Below the pieces are notes generated by a model. That model was not told where the DNA came from. It did no database searches and was given only the letters and a program-made list of their open reading frames with translations. 64,000 nucleotides of DNA from Cycas panzhihuaensis. Taxonomy: Eukaryota > Plantae > Cycadophyta. Location of the stretch: contig CM041465.1 of the NCBI GenBank assembly GCA_023213395.1, positions 57,295,741 to 57,359,740 of the forward strand, written 5' to 3'. Shown one piece after another: positions 37,484-52,000 of this stretch. Each line of letters begins with the position of its first letter. The first letter of the stretch is position 1. Made by a program: the position numbers and the translations under genes.

Positions 37484-38182
37484 TATTAAGGGCGATTGGA
37501 GATAGAGAAACAAGATTTAATTGTCTATACGGCCTCTTGTGTGGAATTTCATACGGAGCTGAAGTTGTACGGATTGAAACGAAATTGGTCTCAAATGAAA
37601 GAACTCACAAATGGGTGTCCGAATCTGTGTTTATTTTTTTGAATTGGCTTCAGATGTGAGAGAAAAATCCAAACGAAGAAGTAAACTTGCACCCAAGGGT
37701 TTTTACCGTTTTTGAGAAAAAATTCAGAAAAATCAACTTAAATCTATGCAAGAAATCACTGAAATTCTTCGTCTAGGGATGAGAAAAGATTTGAATACTT
37801 GTACCAGGGATTTTGTCCAAATTTTTTTGAAAAAACGCTGAGAGAAGGCTTTAAACCTACACGCCTATATTTTGGCCTGAAACTGGGTCGAAATGACTCT
37901 GAATGATGTCATCGCAGAAGAGAAAGATGTAGAGGAGGCTTCGATCTTCGATTTGGGTAAGTTTCGTCAAATTCTGATGACTTCGATTTTTTACGCCCGT
38001 ACAAGTCTGTACAATCGTACAAATCCATACGATTCTTCTTTCAAATTCTCCTAGACAATTTTGTCTTTACATAACAGATTCTTGTAATAACAGTTTGTCT
38101 CTAATATTCTTCTTCTCCTTTTAATGAAGCCCAGATTTGCTTCTTCACAGGCAGGAGGACCTAGGAGCCTGCTCTGATACCA

Positions 38183-38390
38183 TGTAACAAAACCTTGATG
38201 AGGAATAAATTCACTCTCTCAATGTATTCTTTATTGATAATTTGTTACATATATATACAAGTACAAGGTGGGTACAAATGGCAACCGCTCAACCACGTAA
38301 TGCCACTTGTCAACTTAAGAAAGGAGGAGAAAGTGGTACATGACCCTTACATTAAATATTATAACCTAAGGTAAAACATTACCTTTTACA
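38183..38390 (-). repeat. 5' LTR of G
   Basis: Adjacent to the PBS, TGTAA...TTACA inverted ends; no partner LTR to confirm the outer end. Confidence 0.7.
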
Positions 38391-38966
38391 TGGTGTGGAG
38401 GGATTTGCCTCCCCCCCCCTCCCCCCCCCCCCCACTAGTGTTACCGATGGATCCAAGGAGGGCTTGCCCTCTGAAGTAAAAACTAAGGTTCAAAACCTAC
38501 TAAATTTGTAAAAAAGATCTAGGTCGTTCATAAAAAAGACCTAGATCTGATGGTTACAATTGATGTACCTTTCTATGTAACCTGATTTAGGGTAATTGTA
38601 TTGCATCGCATTGTGAGTGGGTGACTATTAGTTGTTACTGCTGTGAGAATTCTATGGCGACTGCATGTACAAATATTTTATTCTTGATTAATAAATATCG
38701 ATACCTTTCAAATGTAGATGTTTCCTTAGCACTCTACTAAGGTTTTACTGCGTTATATCTAGTGTACTTGGTAATGTGTATACTTTCGTGTGTATGTTGA
38801 ATGATCTCTAGTTTATGCACTTACACTTAGTTACAGTTTTGAATATTATTTTTATTGTAAAATAAATAGATCTTGATGGTTGGTTTTGATTATTTAGAAC
38901 TAGGATTTCTCAATAATCTCATTTGCGAATAAACCCACGATCACGTAAGGACTCCATGTGGCCACC

Positions 38967-39278
38967 TGAAGGAAGAATGGATCTAGGGTATAAATCACTC
39001 ACATGCACATAATAGAAATAGAGAATGAAAAAGAGATGAAACAAGATATGAGAGAAAAGCTTGGAGGTGAGAATGAATAATGGTTCCCTCCTTGAGATTT
39101 TGCCTTTTATTATTAAGGATGAGTATTAGGGTTAGGATTTTTCTACTTAATGATATGAACCTGAAATTACATCTAAATGCACATATAATGTATTTTACTA
39201 AGAGACTAATACTAATAACATATCCTAATGTTACTTAATTAATCTACACAAATAATCTTGATACATTAACCTCTTTCA
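38967..39278 (-). repeat. 3' LTR of I
   Basis: TGAAGGAA...CCTCTTTCA, repeated at 46203-46514. Confidence 0.95.
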
Positions 39279-39713
39279 ATCCCCCCCTTAATGGTGGAAG
39301 GTCATTTTGAGAAAATATATTCTATGAGGTCTTCATTTGTGTCTCATTATTATATTAAAATTTTAAATGACACTTTTGTGGAAAAACCCTTGTGGAGAAT
39401 AAAAACCCACAGACTTTCTAAGATTTATAGCCCCTTTTATAAAATTAAAATGGCTAAGGTAGCTCTTTGATGTAGCCTAATAGCCAAGCAGCTTAATCTA
39501 CTAAGTCTTCATATATCGTTTGGTCATCCCTTATGCCCTTTCGAGTTTTCATAGGTTCTGATTTTCTAAAACTAATAAAACCCTTATCATTTTCTGCCTA
39601 CATGGGGTTTTCACAAATAGGATAATGCAGAGACTTAGTCTTATTATTTCGTGCCCACAAGGAGTTTTTATGAATAAAATAGAGTATGATAATCCTATTG
39701 CCATCTTCTTTGA

Positions 39714-42700
39714 TCAGTTGAAGATGGAGGCCCTAAGGCTGAGCTGCCTTTAGAATTGTTCAAACTTCACCTTTTGCAATAGTTTGGTGAAGATATCATC
39801 CACTTGATTTGTTAAGGGATAGTATTCTGGTTGAATTGTGTCGTTATGAATAAGTTCTCTAATTCTGTTGACTTTCATACTTATGTGTTTGGTATAATTG
39901 TGAAATCCAAAATTTTTCACCATGTGGATTGTTGATTGATTATCTACACAAAGGCCAATAGGAGTTGTTTGAGTGATTTTCAATGTTTCTAATAATTTTC
40001 TAAGTCATATCACCTCCTTGTTGGTCTTAGAAGTAATAATGTATTTAGCTTTGACAATTGAATCAACAACTATCTTCTACCATCTAGATCTCTATGATAT
40101 TAGTGCTATTTTAAGAAATGCTACATACCTAGACGTAGATCTTTCTATATCTTTATCTCCTGCAAAGTCTAAGTCTATGTATGCAAAAATCTTAAATTCA
40201 TTATTAGGTTCATACAATAGACCAAATTTGTTGGTTGTCTTTAGGTATTTTAACACTCGAACTGTAGCCTACTAGTGATTTTGCTTATGATTTATCATGA
40301 ATCGTGCAAGAATGTCGATAAAGTGTGTAATATTTGGCCTTGTATTAGTAGTGTAGATGAGACTACCTACAAGTTTTATGTAGAGTAATGTGTTTACCTC
40401 CCTAGAGTCACCATCACCTAAGAGTTTGGTATTAGGGTCCATAGGTAAAGCTACTGGTTGAGCATTTTCTAATTGAAACTTGGTTAAAAGATCTTTGATG
40501 TTTTTTTTTTTTTGAGAGATTTTTTTTTTAATTCTTTTGTGTTACATCAATTCTCAAGTAATATTTCATCAAACCAAGGTCAAACAATTCAAACGTTTTG
40601 CTAAGGTTCTTTTTCAACTAGCTTATTACCTGTTCACTATTACCTGTTACTAGCATGTCATCCACAAAGATTATGAGATTAGTGACTTTATCCTTTTGGT
40701 GCTCGATGAGCAATATTGCATCAATATCTTGGTAGTCACAAATGTCGTATCCAACTTATCTCATTTTTTTAGACAACTTGGCAAACCAAACACGAGGGGC
40801 TTATTTAAGGTCGTACAAGGACTTTCTAAGCTTGCAAACCTTATGCTCTTAACCTTCGATCTCATATCCTTTTAGCTGAACCATGTAAATTTCTTTTTCA
40901 AGATCTCCATTGAGAAACATGGTCTTAATATCGAGCTAGTAGATTTTTCAACCCTATTGAGCACCCAAGGTAACAAGAGTTCTAATTGTAGGCCACTTGG
41001 TTGTAGGTGCAAAGACTTCAGTGTAGTTAATACTTTCACTTTATGTGAACCCTTTAGCTATCAACCTCGCCTTTTATTTTTCAAGGGTGTCATCTAATCT
41101 ATATTTATTTTTGAATACCCATTTATTTTAAACTACCTTTCTACCAAGTGGTAGATTAACGAACTTTTATGTACTATTTTTTATGAGAGATTGATATTCT
41201 TTGTTCATTGTATTTCTTCAAACTATATGTTTTACAGCTTCATGGTATGAGAGGGGCTTTTCATTAAGAGTAAGATGCAATTCTGTCAGTTTAAATTCAG
41301 TATATAATGATTCTTACATCCTTGATCCATGGGCACTTCGAGTACCAGTGTTGTCCACCTCATCTAGTTGTATGTCCTTATTGAGCTGGCGGGCTTCTCG
41401 AGATCCTCGAGTTAGGAATAAAGTCTTCATTTCTCCAACTTCTTGGTTCTTATCTTATTCATTAAAATGATCATTTTGTGAGGAGGATGTTGATGCACCT
41501 GAGGAAGATGGTCTTTCTACCACTGTTTTGCCTTTATCAATTAAAGGTAGAGAGGATGATTCTTTTATAATGGCTTTGCTTTTGTCTACTTTGTTATTTT
41601 TAAAGCATGGTATTGGATGTGCACTCATCGGTTCAGAGCCGCAACTTATATCCTCTGAGACTTTATTGTTAGCTTCTAATATTTGGAATAATTTATGTCT
41701 GTCCCCCTCCCCACCCCTTCCAAAATTTTGGAATGTGAACATCATACTTGATAACATTATTATAGCAGCATGAGGGTATTTTGGAGTCCAGTCTAAGCAA
41801 TTAATCCTCTATCTTCACAAAAATAACATCTCTGGTAACAATGATTTTTTGTTGTGAAGGCATAAAGACCTTATACATTTTCTTATCCATAGGGTATCCA
41901 ATAAAGATGCCTTTAAGTGCCATTGGCTGGAGTTTATTTCGATCTATATCCAGAATGTGGGCATAGCATGTAGAACTAAAAATTTTGAAGTAGTGAATAA
42001 TGGGGGCTTGTCCTGACCACTTTTTATTAGGTGATTATCCTTCTTTTGATGGGCTAACAACATTGAGGTAATAAACAATTGTCCAAATGGCTTCAGCCCA
42101 TAGGTAGGTAGGTATATTTTTGTATACCAACATAGCTTGAGCCATGTTCATAATTGTCTTGTTCATGTGCTCAACAACTCCATTTTGTTGTGGAGTACTT
42201 ACTATTGTTATTTGATGTTTGATTTCATTGTCTCGAAGGTAGCTTTCAAACTTATATAAGGTATATTCACCACTATTATCAGTTCGAAGACATTTGAGTT
42301 GATAACCTAATTCTTTTTCAGTGCAGGCTTTGAATTCTTTGAATACATAGAAGGCTTCATCTTTCTTATGTAAAAAAGTTACCCACACTTTTCTAGTGAA
42401 ATCATCAATAAAAGAGATGTAATATAACTTGCCCTTCAGTGAAGGAATGGGCATTAGTCTGCATAGATCAGAGTGTATCACTTGTAATGGATAGCTCAAT
42501 TTCCATTAACTTTTAAGAAAGGGTTATCGATGAGATTTGACAATAATACAAGCTTCACATTTGAAAGGGTTAGAGGAGAATTTTGGAAGACTTGGAAGAG
42601 TGTTACAAAGATCTCTAAGTCTATTAATGTGAATATGGCCCATGCAAGAATGCCAAGAGTTTCTGGTGACAATGTTGGATGGGTCAGGATGGAATTAAAT

Positions 42701-44292
42701 ACAAATTCTTCATCAGCATAAGGGCTTTGGGCACAATAGACTTTAGAAGATGGGGATCCATTTAGTCGAAAGAGTTTGCTAGTGAGATGTCTTGTCAAAA
42801 CCACTCAATCAGTTAGAGGGTGAATGATCTGGGGAGTCTGGTCATTTGTGATTATACTAAGATTAAATCTATGAGAGATAGGTGTGGATAAAGAGAGTAG
42901 ATTTTGTTTGAAATTGGGTATGTATAGAGCATCAAGCAATGTAAAATCTCTTAAGCCTGGGAGTTTCAAGTGAATATTACAAATTCCTTCAACAGGTTAT
43001 TGTGATTTATCAACCATATGAATAACTCCTTGAACATTTGGGTCAAATATTTGATATAGCCTGCAATTGCACATCATATGTTGAGTTGTTCTTATGTCTA
43101 TAATCCACTGTCCATCAATTGAAGCCACACTATTTGCAATTCCAATAGGACTTGGCATTGATGAAAGGAATTTACAAGTGATATATCCACATTGAGCTTC
43201 AAAGTATCTATGTGGTTGGTCAATGGAATTTAATAATGAAGATCCCTCAATTCTTTGAAAGTGTATTTGTACAAATCCTAAACCACTAAAGGATTCTTTA
43301 CAAATTTCTTCAACATTATGAGCTCCATGTTTTGGTTGGAACTTGGCTAACTTATAAGTGGTGGTTCTATAGTCTTTTATAGTTACATCGATCACACATA
43401 ATAGTTTAATTGTTAGTCCCTGAAGAGGTACTAGTTTGGCTTAACTGTCTTACTTTTTATTGAGATGGCCCTTAGCCTTAAGACTGTCGAGGCTGTGACT
43501 GAGGGTTTAGTTGACCTTGTAGATGATTTTCCATGTTTCTTCATTTTCTTCTTACTTGATTGTTTCCTCTGTCATGAGAGGGACCTTGATTTTTTATTTA
43601 ATAAGCTTCTTCTTCCACCTCAAAAGCTACATCTATAAGAGAGTCAGAGGCTACAAAGTTGGTATTAAAGGTCTTGTCAAATTCTATAAACTTTTCGGCA
43701 AGTGCTTTGAAGTTAAGTGTCTTCAATGTTCCACTAGATTGAAGAGTTTCAAGCAAGTTTTTATAATTACAGACATGTAGACATGATTGGATCAAGAATG
43801 CCCAAGTAATACATTGGGTCTTAAAATCTTTGTCAATTGCATGCTTTATTGGTTGAAGGAGATTTATTGTCTAATAAGCTCGTCTCTTCTACATTTTTAA
43901 CTTGTTCATTTTCAGAATAAGATGAACAAATTCTAAATTTAGCTTGGTATCAAAGTTCTTCTTGAGAACATCAAGAACCTTCTAGTTTGTATCATGTTAC
44001 TCTTCATCAATTAAGTTGTGCAAGGAGTAATCAGTAACTAATAGAATTCCTATACGAATCTTTTCATCATCTATCTCCAATATAGTTTGGTTATAGCATC
44101 TATAGGAGTTATTGGAGCAGTTCCACTAGAAACAGGTGTTGTAGCTTTTGTAGGTATGATGGGTGTAAGCTGCAAGTGGGCTCTCTAAAGGCCTTCATAC
44201 TTTGTAGTATTTTTAACTTCAGTGTACCATAAATTCTAGTTTTCTCTGCCTTTTAATATATAGTTGACATTTTACTTGAATTGAGATGACAT
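39714..44292 (-). pseudogene. gag-pol: Copia gag-pol of I
   Basis: VIHSDLC...LRTDNSGEY...TPQQNGVVE; TKHI...DIFTK; collinear with the H gag-pol. Confidence 0.93.
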
Positions 44293-46202
44293 AGTGATGA
44301 TGATGAAGTAGAAGAAATGATAGAAATATATGCCATTAACACGTGTGGCTAGTACACCTGATATAGTAGGGATGTAGAAATGAATACTATGATGAGAAGC
44401 AAGAAATGATTAAGTATTTTTTAATAACTATAAAAAATGAGTATAAACAATGATGCAAGAATGAGGCCTAATGTAGAGTTGGCAAAGAGTGGTGATGTGT
44501 CATGCCACTAACCTCTAACTCATGTCTAAATATATGTGAGGTTTTGATGTCTAAGGCTTCTAGTATACTATTAGGGCCTTCACCTGCAATATTCACACTT
44601 GTGCTTGAAATCCAAGTCACAGTGGAGCAACTATATACCTCATTTGAAGAGTCAAACAGTATGTGTATATCCTATGACTATGACAGATATTGGATCAAAT
44701 TAATTTTAATCTTGCATTAAGGTTTTCAGTTTTCTGGGGTGGTTATCAAGGTTATCCCTGATTAGAGGTCATATGTATGGCTAACTTGTGCCTCCACCAT
44801 AATTTTAGTTAAGACTAAATTTAACATGAAACTCACACCTCCCTTAGGGCCCAGACTTCGACCAACCATGGTCTATTTCAACTAAGGCGAATGTGCACAT
44901 AAGTAAAAAACTGGCGATACAAGTCATACAGATGAAATTCCTTTTAAGAAATATATAAGTTATTTCCAAATAACTGAAAACTGAAATCAAATGTTACCAA
45001 ATGTACTTACTTGCCTTTTATGTTTTCTTTGTTGTTTTCGTTGCTTTATGTGATGCTTTATGCTATGTGTGCAAATAGAAAGAGCATGTTAGATTTAGTA
45101 GAGGAACTAGATGCTACTTCTGATCCAAGGTTTCTCTTACTTTAGTACAATATTTCTAAATATATATTTAGAAATTTTAATACAAAATCCATAAAAGGAC
45201 CAAAAAACAGATCAACTTATTGCTAAAATACTAACTTTTCTAAATCTAGATGCATGCCATTTTGCTCTATTTTATTTTTTTTTCTACAAAATTTGTAAAT
45301 AATAAATTAATACAATTTTCTAAAAATTACAAATATGAATGCCTAAATGATAAAATTTGAATTTATGATATAAGAAAAAAGTGTTCAAAATATCATTTCT
45401 AATAGAGTAGTAAAGTTAAATTTTTGAAAAGACATAAAAAAAAAAAATTGTCTAAAAAAAAACACAAAAGTAGAATCTTGTTAGATCCACTATCTTAAAT
45501 CCCAAACTTTAATATGTCAAATGCTTCATCTTGACATGCACATTAACTTTTCCTTCTGCATCATATTCAAAATTAGTCAAAAAATTATTCAAAACACCCT
45601 CGTAATATCTTTTATGGGGTTGAGTAGGCAAATTCAATATATGTGAGAAAATTACAAAAATCTCACTAACCAGTAAATAAAATTTGATGAGATTTGTCTT
45701 AAAATGCTCTTAAGACATAAATCTACTAGATCCCTCAAAAAAACTTTCAGATTTTTAGCTCATGTTTAAAATATTTTATTGAGAAAAGTGCCTTAAGTAA
45801 CTTATCCACAAATTTTGACATTTTATTTTAGCGAAAACTCGTTGTTGTAGGCTGAATCTGAAGTTGTTCTAGAAAACAAAAATGATCCTCTTAGCAAGGC
45901 GACCCTACACATCAAATTCTATCAAAATTTGAGATGGTCAAAATTTTCATAAAATTTTAGGCCTTAATACTTTTGGGACTGTTCCGATAATCAAACGGCT
46001 TCAAAAAACTATCTTTTTCACCTCTGAATTCTGCACACATAGAGAAAACAATAACATATAAAGTAATATAATTTTAAGCTCTCAAATTTTTAAAAATAAT
46101 GAGTGCACCCTCAATATTTCACATTGAAGGTGAATGACAGGCAAAATGATTCCATGTAAGTGGAATGGAGTGAATAGATCTCCTTCTAACGTTGATACCA
46201 TA

Positions 46203-46514
46203 TGAAGGAATGATGGATCTAGGGAATAAATCACTCACATGTACACAATGGCAATGGATAATGAAAAAGAGATGAAACATGATATGAGAGCAAAGCTTGG
46301 GGGTGAGAATGAATAATGACTCCCTCATTGATATTTCGCCTTTTATTATTAAGGATGAGCATTAGGGTTAGGATTTTTTTACCTAATGACATGAACCCAA
46401 AATTACATCTAAATGTACATAAAGCACATTTCACTAAGAAACTAATGCTAACAATATATCCCAATGTCACTTAATTAATCTACATAAATGACTTTAATAC
46501 ATTAACCTCTTTCA
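46203..46514 (-). repeat. 5' LTR of I
   Basis: Direct repeat of 38967-39278. Confidence 0.95.
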
Positions 46515-47609
46515 CCATCCACTAATTCACTAGGAGCTTTGTAAAATTCAAAAAATTATCTAATATAATTTACTTTATTTTTTAACTTGTGATTCTTTTT
46601 ATCTTGTAAAAATTCTTGCACAAAATATTTCTCTTCTATCCTCTGTTAGATCATGATAAAATGAGGGTTATCCGTTCATTTTGTTTGGCGTGTCTGTTCA
46701 ATCCTTGATGAAAAGAGGGCATGGCTACATTAAAAGAATCTACAAGCTATGGGTGTCTTAGGTAGAAGGTTGTGTATTAGATACTGTTATTTGTGTTTAT
46801 GGATAATGGGCTTGATTTTCTTTATAGCTCTTTATGTGAGCATCTTCATCACGCATGGATAATTGCCTTCATGGTGGATAGGTAATGATTAATAGGCAGT
46901 TATGTTTATTCTCCCAGCATACTATATGTATTCATTGTTAAGTGGGCTACCCTGTGCATAGGCTAATCTAGCATTTTCTTTTGCATCTCGCTATCTTCTT
47001 TGCATGACATTTAACAGCTTTGTGTGATCTATGGGTGCAAGCTTTATGCATTTGTGGGCTATCTCCGTAGGGTTTGTGCGGCTTTGTCTTTCTATATTGA
47101 TAGCTTTGTAGGTAATTAACTTTTTTTATTCTCTATTTGGCACCTGTGTTCTATAGAATATTGTTATGTTTGGCATGATCTTTGATCAGACAACTAGCAT
47201 GGTGTGCAAAGGGCATTTCATCTCTATAAGTGCAGAGATAAGCGATGACTTTACATAGTATAACAGTTTGAGCATAAGAGGGATGGATATCACACAGATT
47301 AGAGAAACAATCCAAGGCAAGAGGCAATTACAATTTCATAAGAGTAGGTAAGGTTTGTTATATGTGTTTTTCACTCACACTTATCAGCTTTCATAGGTGC
47401 CACATAAACCACCTCTTCATACAAGTTCACCAAATTCTTTATGTAATATATTACCACAATAATATTAATTTTATTTAAATCCTAATATAATTAAATCACA
47501 CTATAAATATGTCTTTAATATTTACTCATATAATATCACTTTTATTTCGCCTTTATTTCATTATATACCACTCTAAATGCCACAAATATATCAATCATGA
47601 TGTCATATA

Positions 47610-48169
47610 ATATATTTTGATACCATGCTAGAAATTATAATTATAACTTTAATACCATATTAGAAATGGAAATTTACTTTGATACTGAATTAGAATTTAG
47701 AGTATAACACAATAGAATATAACATATATATATATATATAATGACAGAATTATCTCGTGAGGATATATATACATATAACAAAATAAACATGAATATAAAG
47801 TAAATAACAGATTAAGCATGCGTCAATAAGCATCACAAGAGAGACAATAAATTTATACATGAAAAACTCGATGTGAGAAAAATTACAAGAGAAAGTGGAG
47901 TTTAGAACTCCTTTTTATGATCAAAATAAATATATCTCATTTCTCAAGTTCTCAAGTGGTATGTGTACATATTTATATTAATAGTTATCTCATGAGTAGC
48001 TTATTATTTCTCTTGAGATGTTACATTATCCAATAGTATATTTACATATATATATGTGTGCCTTTCATATCTCTTAGTGTATCTTGTGAGTATGTTTTTG
48101 TATGTGTCCACATCAATAACATTAAATATTACATATGTAAATAATAATAAATTCTAATATTTTTCACTA
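47610..48169 (-). mobile_element. F2: F-family LTR with a triplicated LTR-end/PBS junction
   Basis: Reverse complement resembles 19807-20330 and 54784-55290; three TTTGATACCATGTTAGAA-like units at 47615-47695. Confidence 0.65.
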
Positions 48170-48419
48170 ATAATCTTTATATTTCCTACTCCATTACATC
48201 ACCTTTTTATGATTTGACTGAACTTTCCCTTTCTTCAAAGTTTTTTTAGATAGTATTAGAAGGCCCCTTGGTTATGTAGAGTTTAGTTAGAACCCACCAC
48301 ATTATTGGTAGCTAGGGTTTAAGACAATTTCGTAATCAACTTGACTTAACCAGACTTTAGGTTCACTTTTATCTTTAGCAACTTTGGTAATATAACTAAT
48401 GTTAGTGACAGAAGAGCAT

Positions 48420-49043
48420 ACTAGTTGTCCCAAGGCTACTCGTTTGTTTCATAGCCACATGTCCATGTCAATTTATTATTAGTTAGTTTTGCTTAACATT
48501 GACTTTGTGACTTGATGACTTCAATCTTATAAGTTAGGATTCCATTCTACCATACAAAACTAATAATCTATAAGTAATTCCACACATCCATACATATAAT
48601 CACGTATAATATTCTACATAACTTATTATATCATTAAATGGTAATGGGCTTCAAGTACAAGAGGGGCTGCTTTATTTAGAAATTACTAAACAAAACTCTC
48701 ACACCATATTGGGTGTGATTATGCCCTATTTAAACCCTAAACAAGTGCCTTCTCAACGAAAGGGTACTTCTTTATATTATGACTTGTAGTTTTTCATAAC
48801 ACAATTATATAATTCATGGTAATTAATGAAATTGTTTCACATAGGGGACAAGGTAAAATAGATTCCATTGTAACCATTCAATTATAATGTAATATTTCAA
48901 AATTGCCATCATCATTCCACTTGCTATTTTGTCTACATATACTATTTCAAGAATGGATAGCACCATTCCCAACTATTCCTAACTTAGTGGTTCTCTTATA
49001 ATGTTGTTCCCTACTAGTAATGTTAATCCATAGTTCTATTCAG
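48420..49043 (-). pseudogene. Second copy of the unidentified ORF remnant; continues at 54729-54780 beyond element J
   Basis: Nucleotide similarity to 13890-14520 (TTGTCCCAAGG, TTCCATTCTACCAT, TATTTAAACCC, GCCATTTATCATATG). Confidence 0.55.
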
Positions 49044-52000
49044 TGTTGGATCAACTGTGAATAGATAAGAATAAGAGAGAACAGAAAAGACTTATCTTAT
49101 ATTGAGAACTATAGTACATATTTATACAAGAGGCCTCTAATTATAGATTAGGGTTAGAGGCATAACTAACATGATACGTTACAGATATATTACATGATCA
49201 GCAATATATATTACAATTAAGTGACTAACATAAGATGTTAGGATAAGATATTATATTCTAGCATCTCCTCTTAATGTTTGATCATTTGCCTTCATTCTAA
49301 ATTTTTCTCTAAGATAAAGAAATTTGTCTTTGGAAAGAGGTTTTGTAAAGATATCTACTAGTTCTTCTTCATTAGTATAATAGATCAATTTGACTTCCTT
49401 ATTGTCCACTTTCTCTCAAATGAAGTGGTGGTGTACTTCAATGTGATTCATTCAGGTATGAAAGACTAGATTTTTAGTCATTTGAATGGTATTCTAGTTG
49501 TCACAATTGATCATAGTTGCAGAGCCTTAAAGCTAGCTCAATTCTTCAAGAAGTTGTTTGAGCCATATTACTTTGCACACTGATTGAACTATCGCTAGAT
49601 ATTCAACTTTAGAATTGGACAAAGAAACAGTGGACTATTTCTTTGTTTTCCATGAGATAATTCCATTCCCTAGATTGAAGTGATAACCAATGGTTGATTT
49701 TTTATTATCAACATCACCTACCCATTCAGAATTTAAGTAACTAGTCAAATGTCCTATTCTTTGGTAGTAGTAGTGGATTCTATGGAAATTTATCCCTTAC
49801 AAGTATTGAAGTATATGTTTGGTTGCTTTCCAATGTGACTCCTTTAGAGTAGATACGTATCTTCAGACTATTCCCACAACAATCACGATGTCTAGTCTAG
49901 TAGATGTAAGATATATGAGATTCCAAACCTGCCTCTTATAAATAGTTTTATCTACTAGTTTCCCCTTTGGATTCGTAGTTAGTTTAGTTCCTGGGCACAT
50001 GGTAGTAGGAGAAGACTTACAGTCTATCATCTTGAACTCTTCTAAGATACAAGCTATGTATTTGCTTTGATATATGAAAAATTTGTTAGGTTGTTTATGA
50101 ACCTCAATTCCTAGGTAGTAGTAGATCTCTCCTAGGTCTGTCATTTCAAAAGTCTTTGGCAATTGATGTCTTAGAGTGTTGATCCAATTGGTGTTGCTCC
50201 TAGTCAGTATTAGGTCATCTACATATATGATGAGAATAGTGATCAATTTGTCTTTATCGATGTGGATGTAGAGATCAGGATCTGCATCTGACTATTTCAT
50301 ACCTAACATCCCTCAGGTAATAGTCGATCTTGGAATACCAAGACCTAGGGACTTGTTTTAGCCCATAAAGTGTTTTGTTAAGTTTACATACAAGGCATTC
50401 TTATCCCTTGGTGACATACTCAAGGGGGTATTATATGTAGACTTCCTCTTGCAAGTCTCCATCAAGAAAGGTTCCCTTGACATCCATCTGGTACACAAGC
50501 TAATTATTCTGAGTAGCTAAAGCTAATGTAATTACTATTCTGATGGTTATCATCTTACCGATTGGGGCAAATGCTTCTTCATAGTCAATGCCTTGGGTTT
50601 TAGTAAATCCTTTAGCCACAAGATGAGCCTTATATTTTTTAATTGACCCATCTACCCTTTCTTTGACTTTGTATAGCCATCTACACCCAGCTATGGGTTT
50701 GTTTGGTGGTAGTTCTATTAGATCCTATGTTTTATTTTTTATGATTGACTCCATTTCCTTATCAATGGATTTACTCCAATGAGGATCATCAATAGCTTGT
50801 TGAATAGTGATCTCAGAGTGTGTTGTAAGTTCGTAATGCATTTGGCTTCTAGTTCTTCTTCCTTCATAGATGAGTTTAGGATTAGTTCTTGATTCCCCTA
50901 TTATTTTTAAATACTACTTTGATATTTTCTTATATGATGGAGTCAAGGATTGTTCTAGATCATTAGTAGCACCTTGTGAGGTGGAGGAGCTAGGCTGTTA
51001 ACCTAGAGATTCACCTATATCACTTGGAGTGGTGGCTTGTGTAGTCTTGCTTGAAGATTTATTGTATTCACCTTGTTTCTCCTATGAATACAGTTGTTTC
51101 CGGTGGGGAATGGTGAGAGTTGCATTATCATCCAGTGTGGCAATTATTGGAATGACATCTTCCTTGGAAGGTCTAATGTTTCATGAAAGTAGATGTCTCT
51201 GCTTGAGTAAATCTTATTAGTCATGGGGTCCATACATCTATAGGCTTTAGAGATTTCACTATAACCTACTAGGATATATTTCTTACTTTTTTCATCCAGT
51301 TTCTTTCTCTTTTCGGTAGGTATATACATGCAGATAGTAGATCCAAAGATTCGAAGATGTAAAACATCAAGTTTTAGTCATAATCAGGCTTCTTCCAGAG
51401 TCATGTTTTCCAAGGCCTTGGTAGGACTTCGGTTGAGTAGATGTAGAATCGTATTGGCTGCCTCAGCCTAATACCTATTTGATACTCCTTTTTGCTTCAG
51501 AAGAGACCATGTCATTTCATTTATAATCCTATTCTTCCTCTCTGCTACTCCATTTGATTGAGGAGTGTAGAGAGTTGTGAATTGCCTTTATATTCCATGT
51601 CTTTTGTAGTACTATGCAAATTCATTGAAGGTGAATTCTCCTCTATTATCTATTCTTAAGCATTTGATATAGTGGTAACTTTCTTTCTTAACCTCAGTGT
51701 TGAAGTTGAGGAAGATGTCAAACACATCAGACTTCAAATTAAGGAAGTATATCAAGGCTTTCCTAGTATACTCATATATAAATATTAGATAATATCGAGC
51801 ACCTTGAATAGATGGAGTGGTAAATGGTCTACACAAGTCACTATGGATTAATTGAGGTTTGCATGTTGCCCTCTTAATGCTTGAGTAAAAATGTAATGTG
51901 TTTTTTACCCATCATACATACATCATAGATAAAGTCAGTTTTCTTTATCCAGGGCAAGCCATTCACCATGTCATGTTTGCTTAAGGAAGATAAGGCATCA

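Larger units (their letters stand above)
26595..38390 (-). mobile_element. Element G: Ty1/Copia, 3'-truncated within RT and interrupted by H
   Basis: 5' LTR 38183-38390 (TGTAAC...TTTACA); perfect PBS GCTCTGATACCA 38171-38182; order gag-PR-INT-RT; ends at LKKALY with no RNase H or 3' LTR. Confidence 0.9.
38967..46514 (-). mobile_element. Element I: full-length decayed Ty1/Copia, related to the Copia part of H
   Basis: LTRs 38967-39278 and 46203-46514; TSD CCACC/CCATC; PPT complement 39279-39289; PBS complement TGATACCA 46193-46200. Confidence 0.95.

Noticed and set aside
38391-38966. Possible LTR split by element I (continuing at 46515-46730)
   Set aside because: LTR-like in composition, but no partner, PBS or TSD could be fixed; left unannotated.
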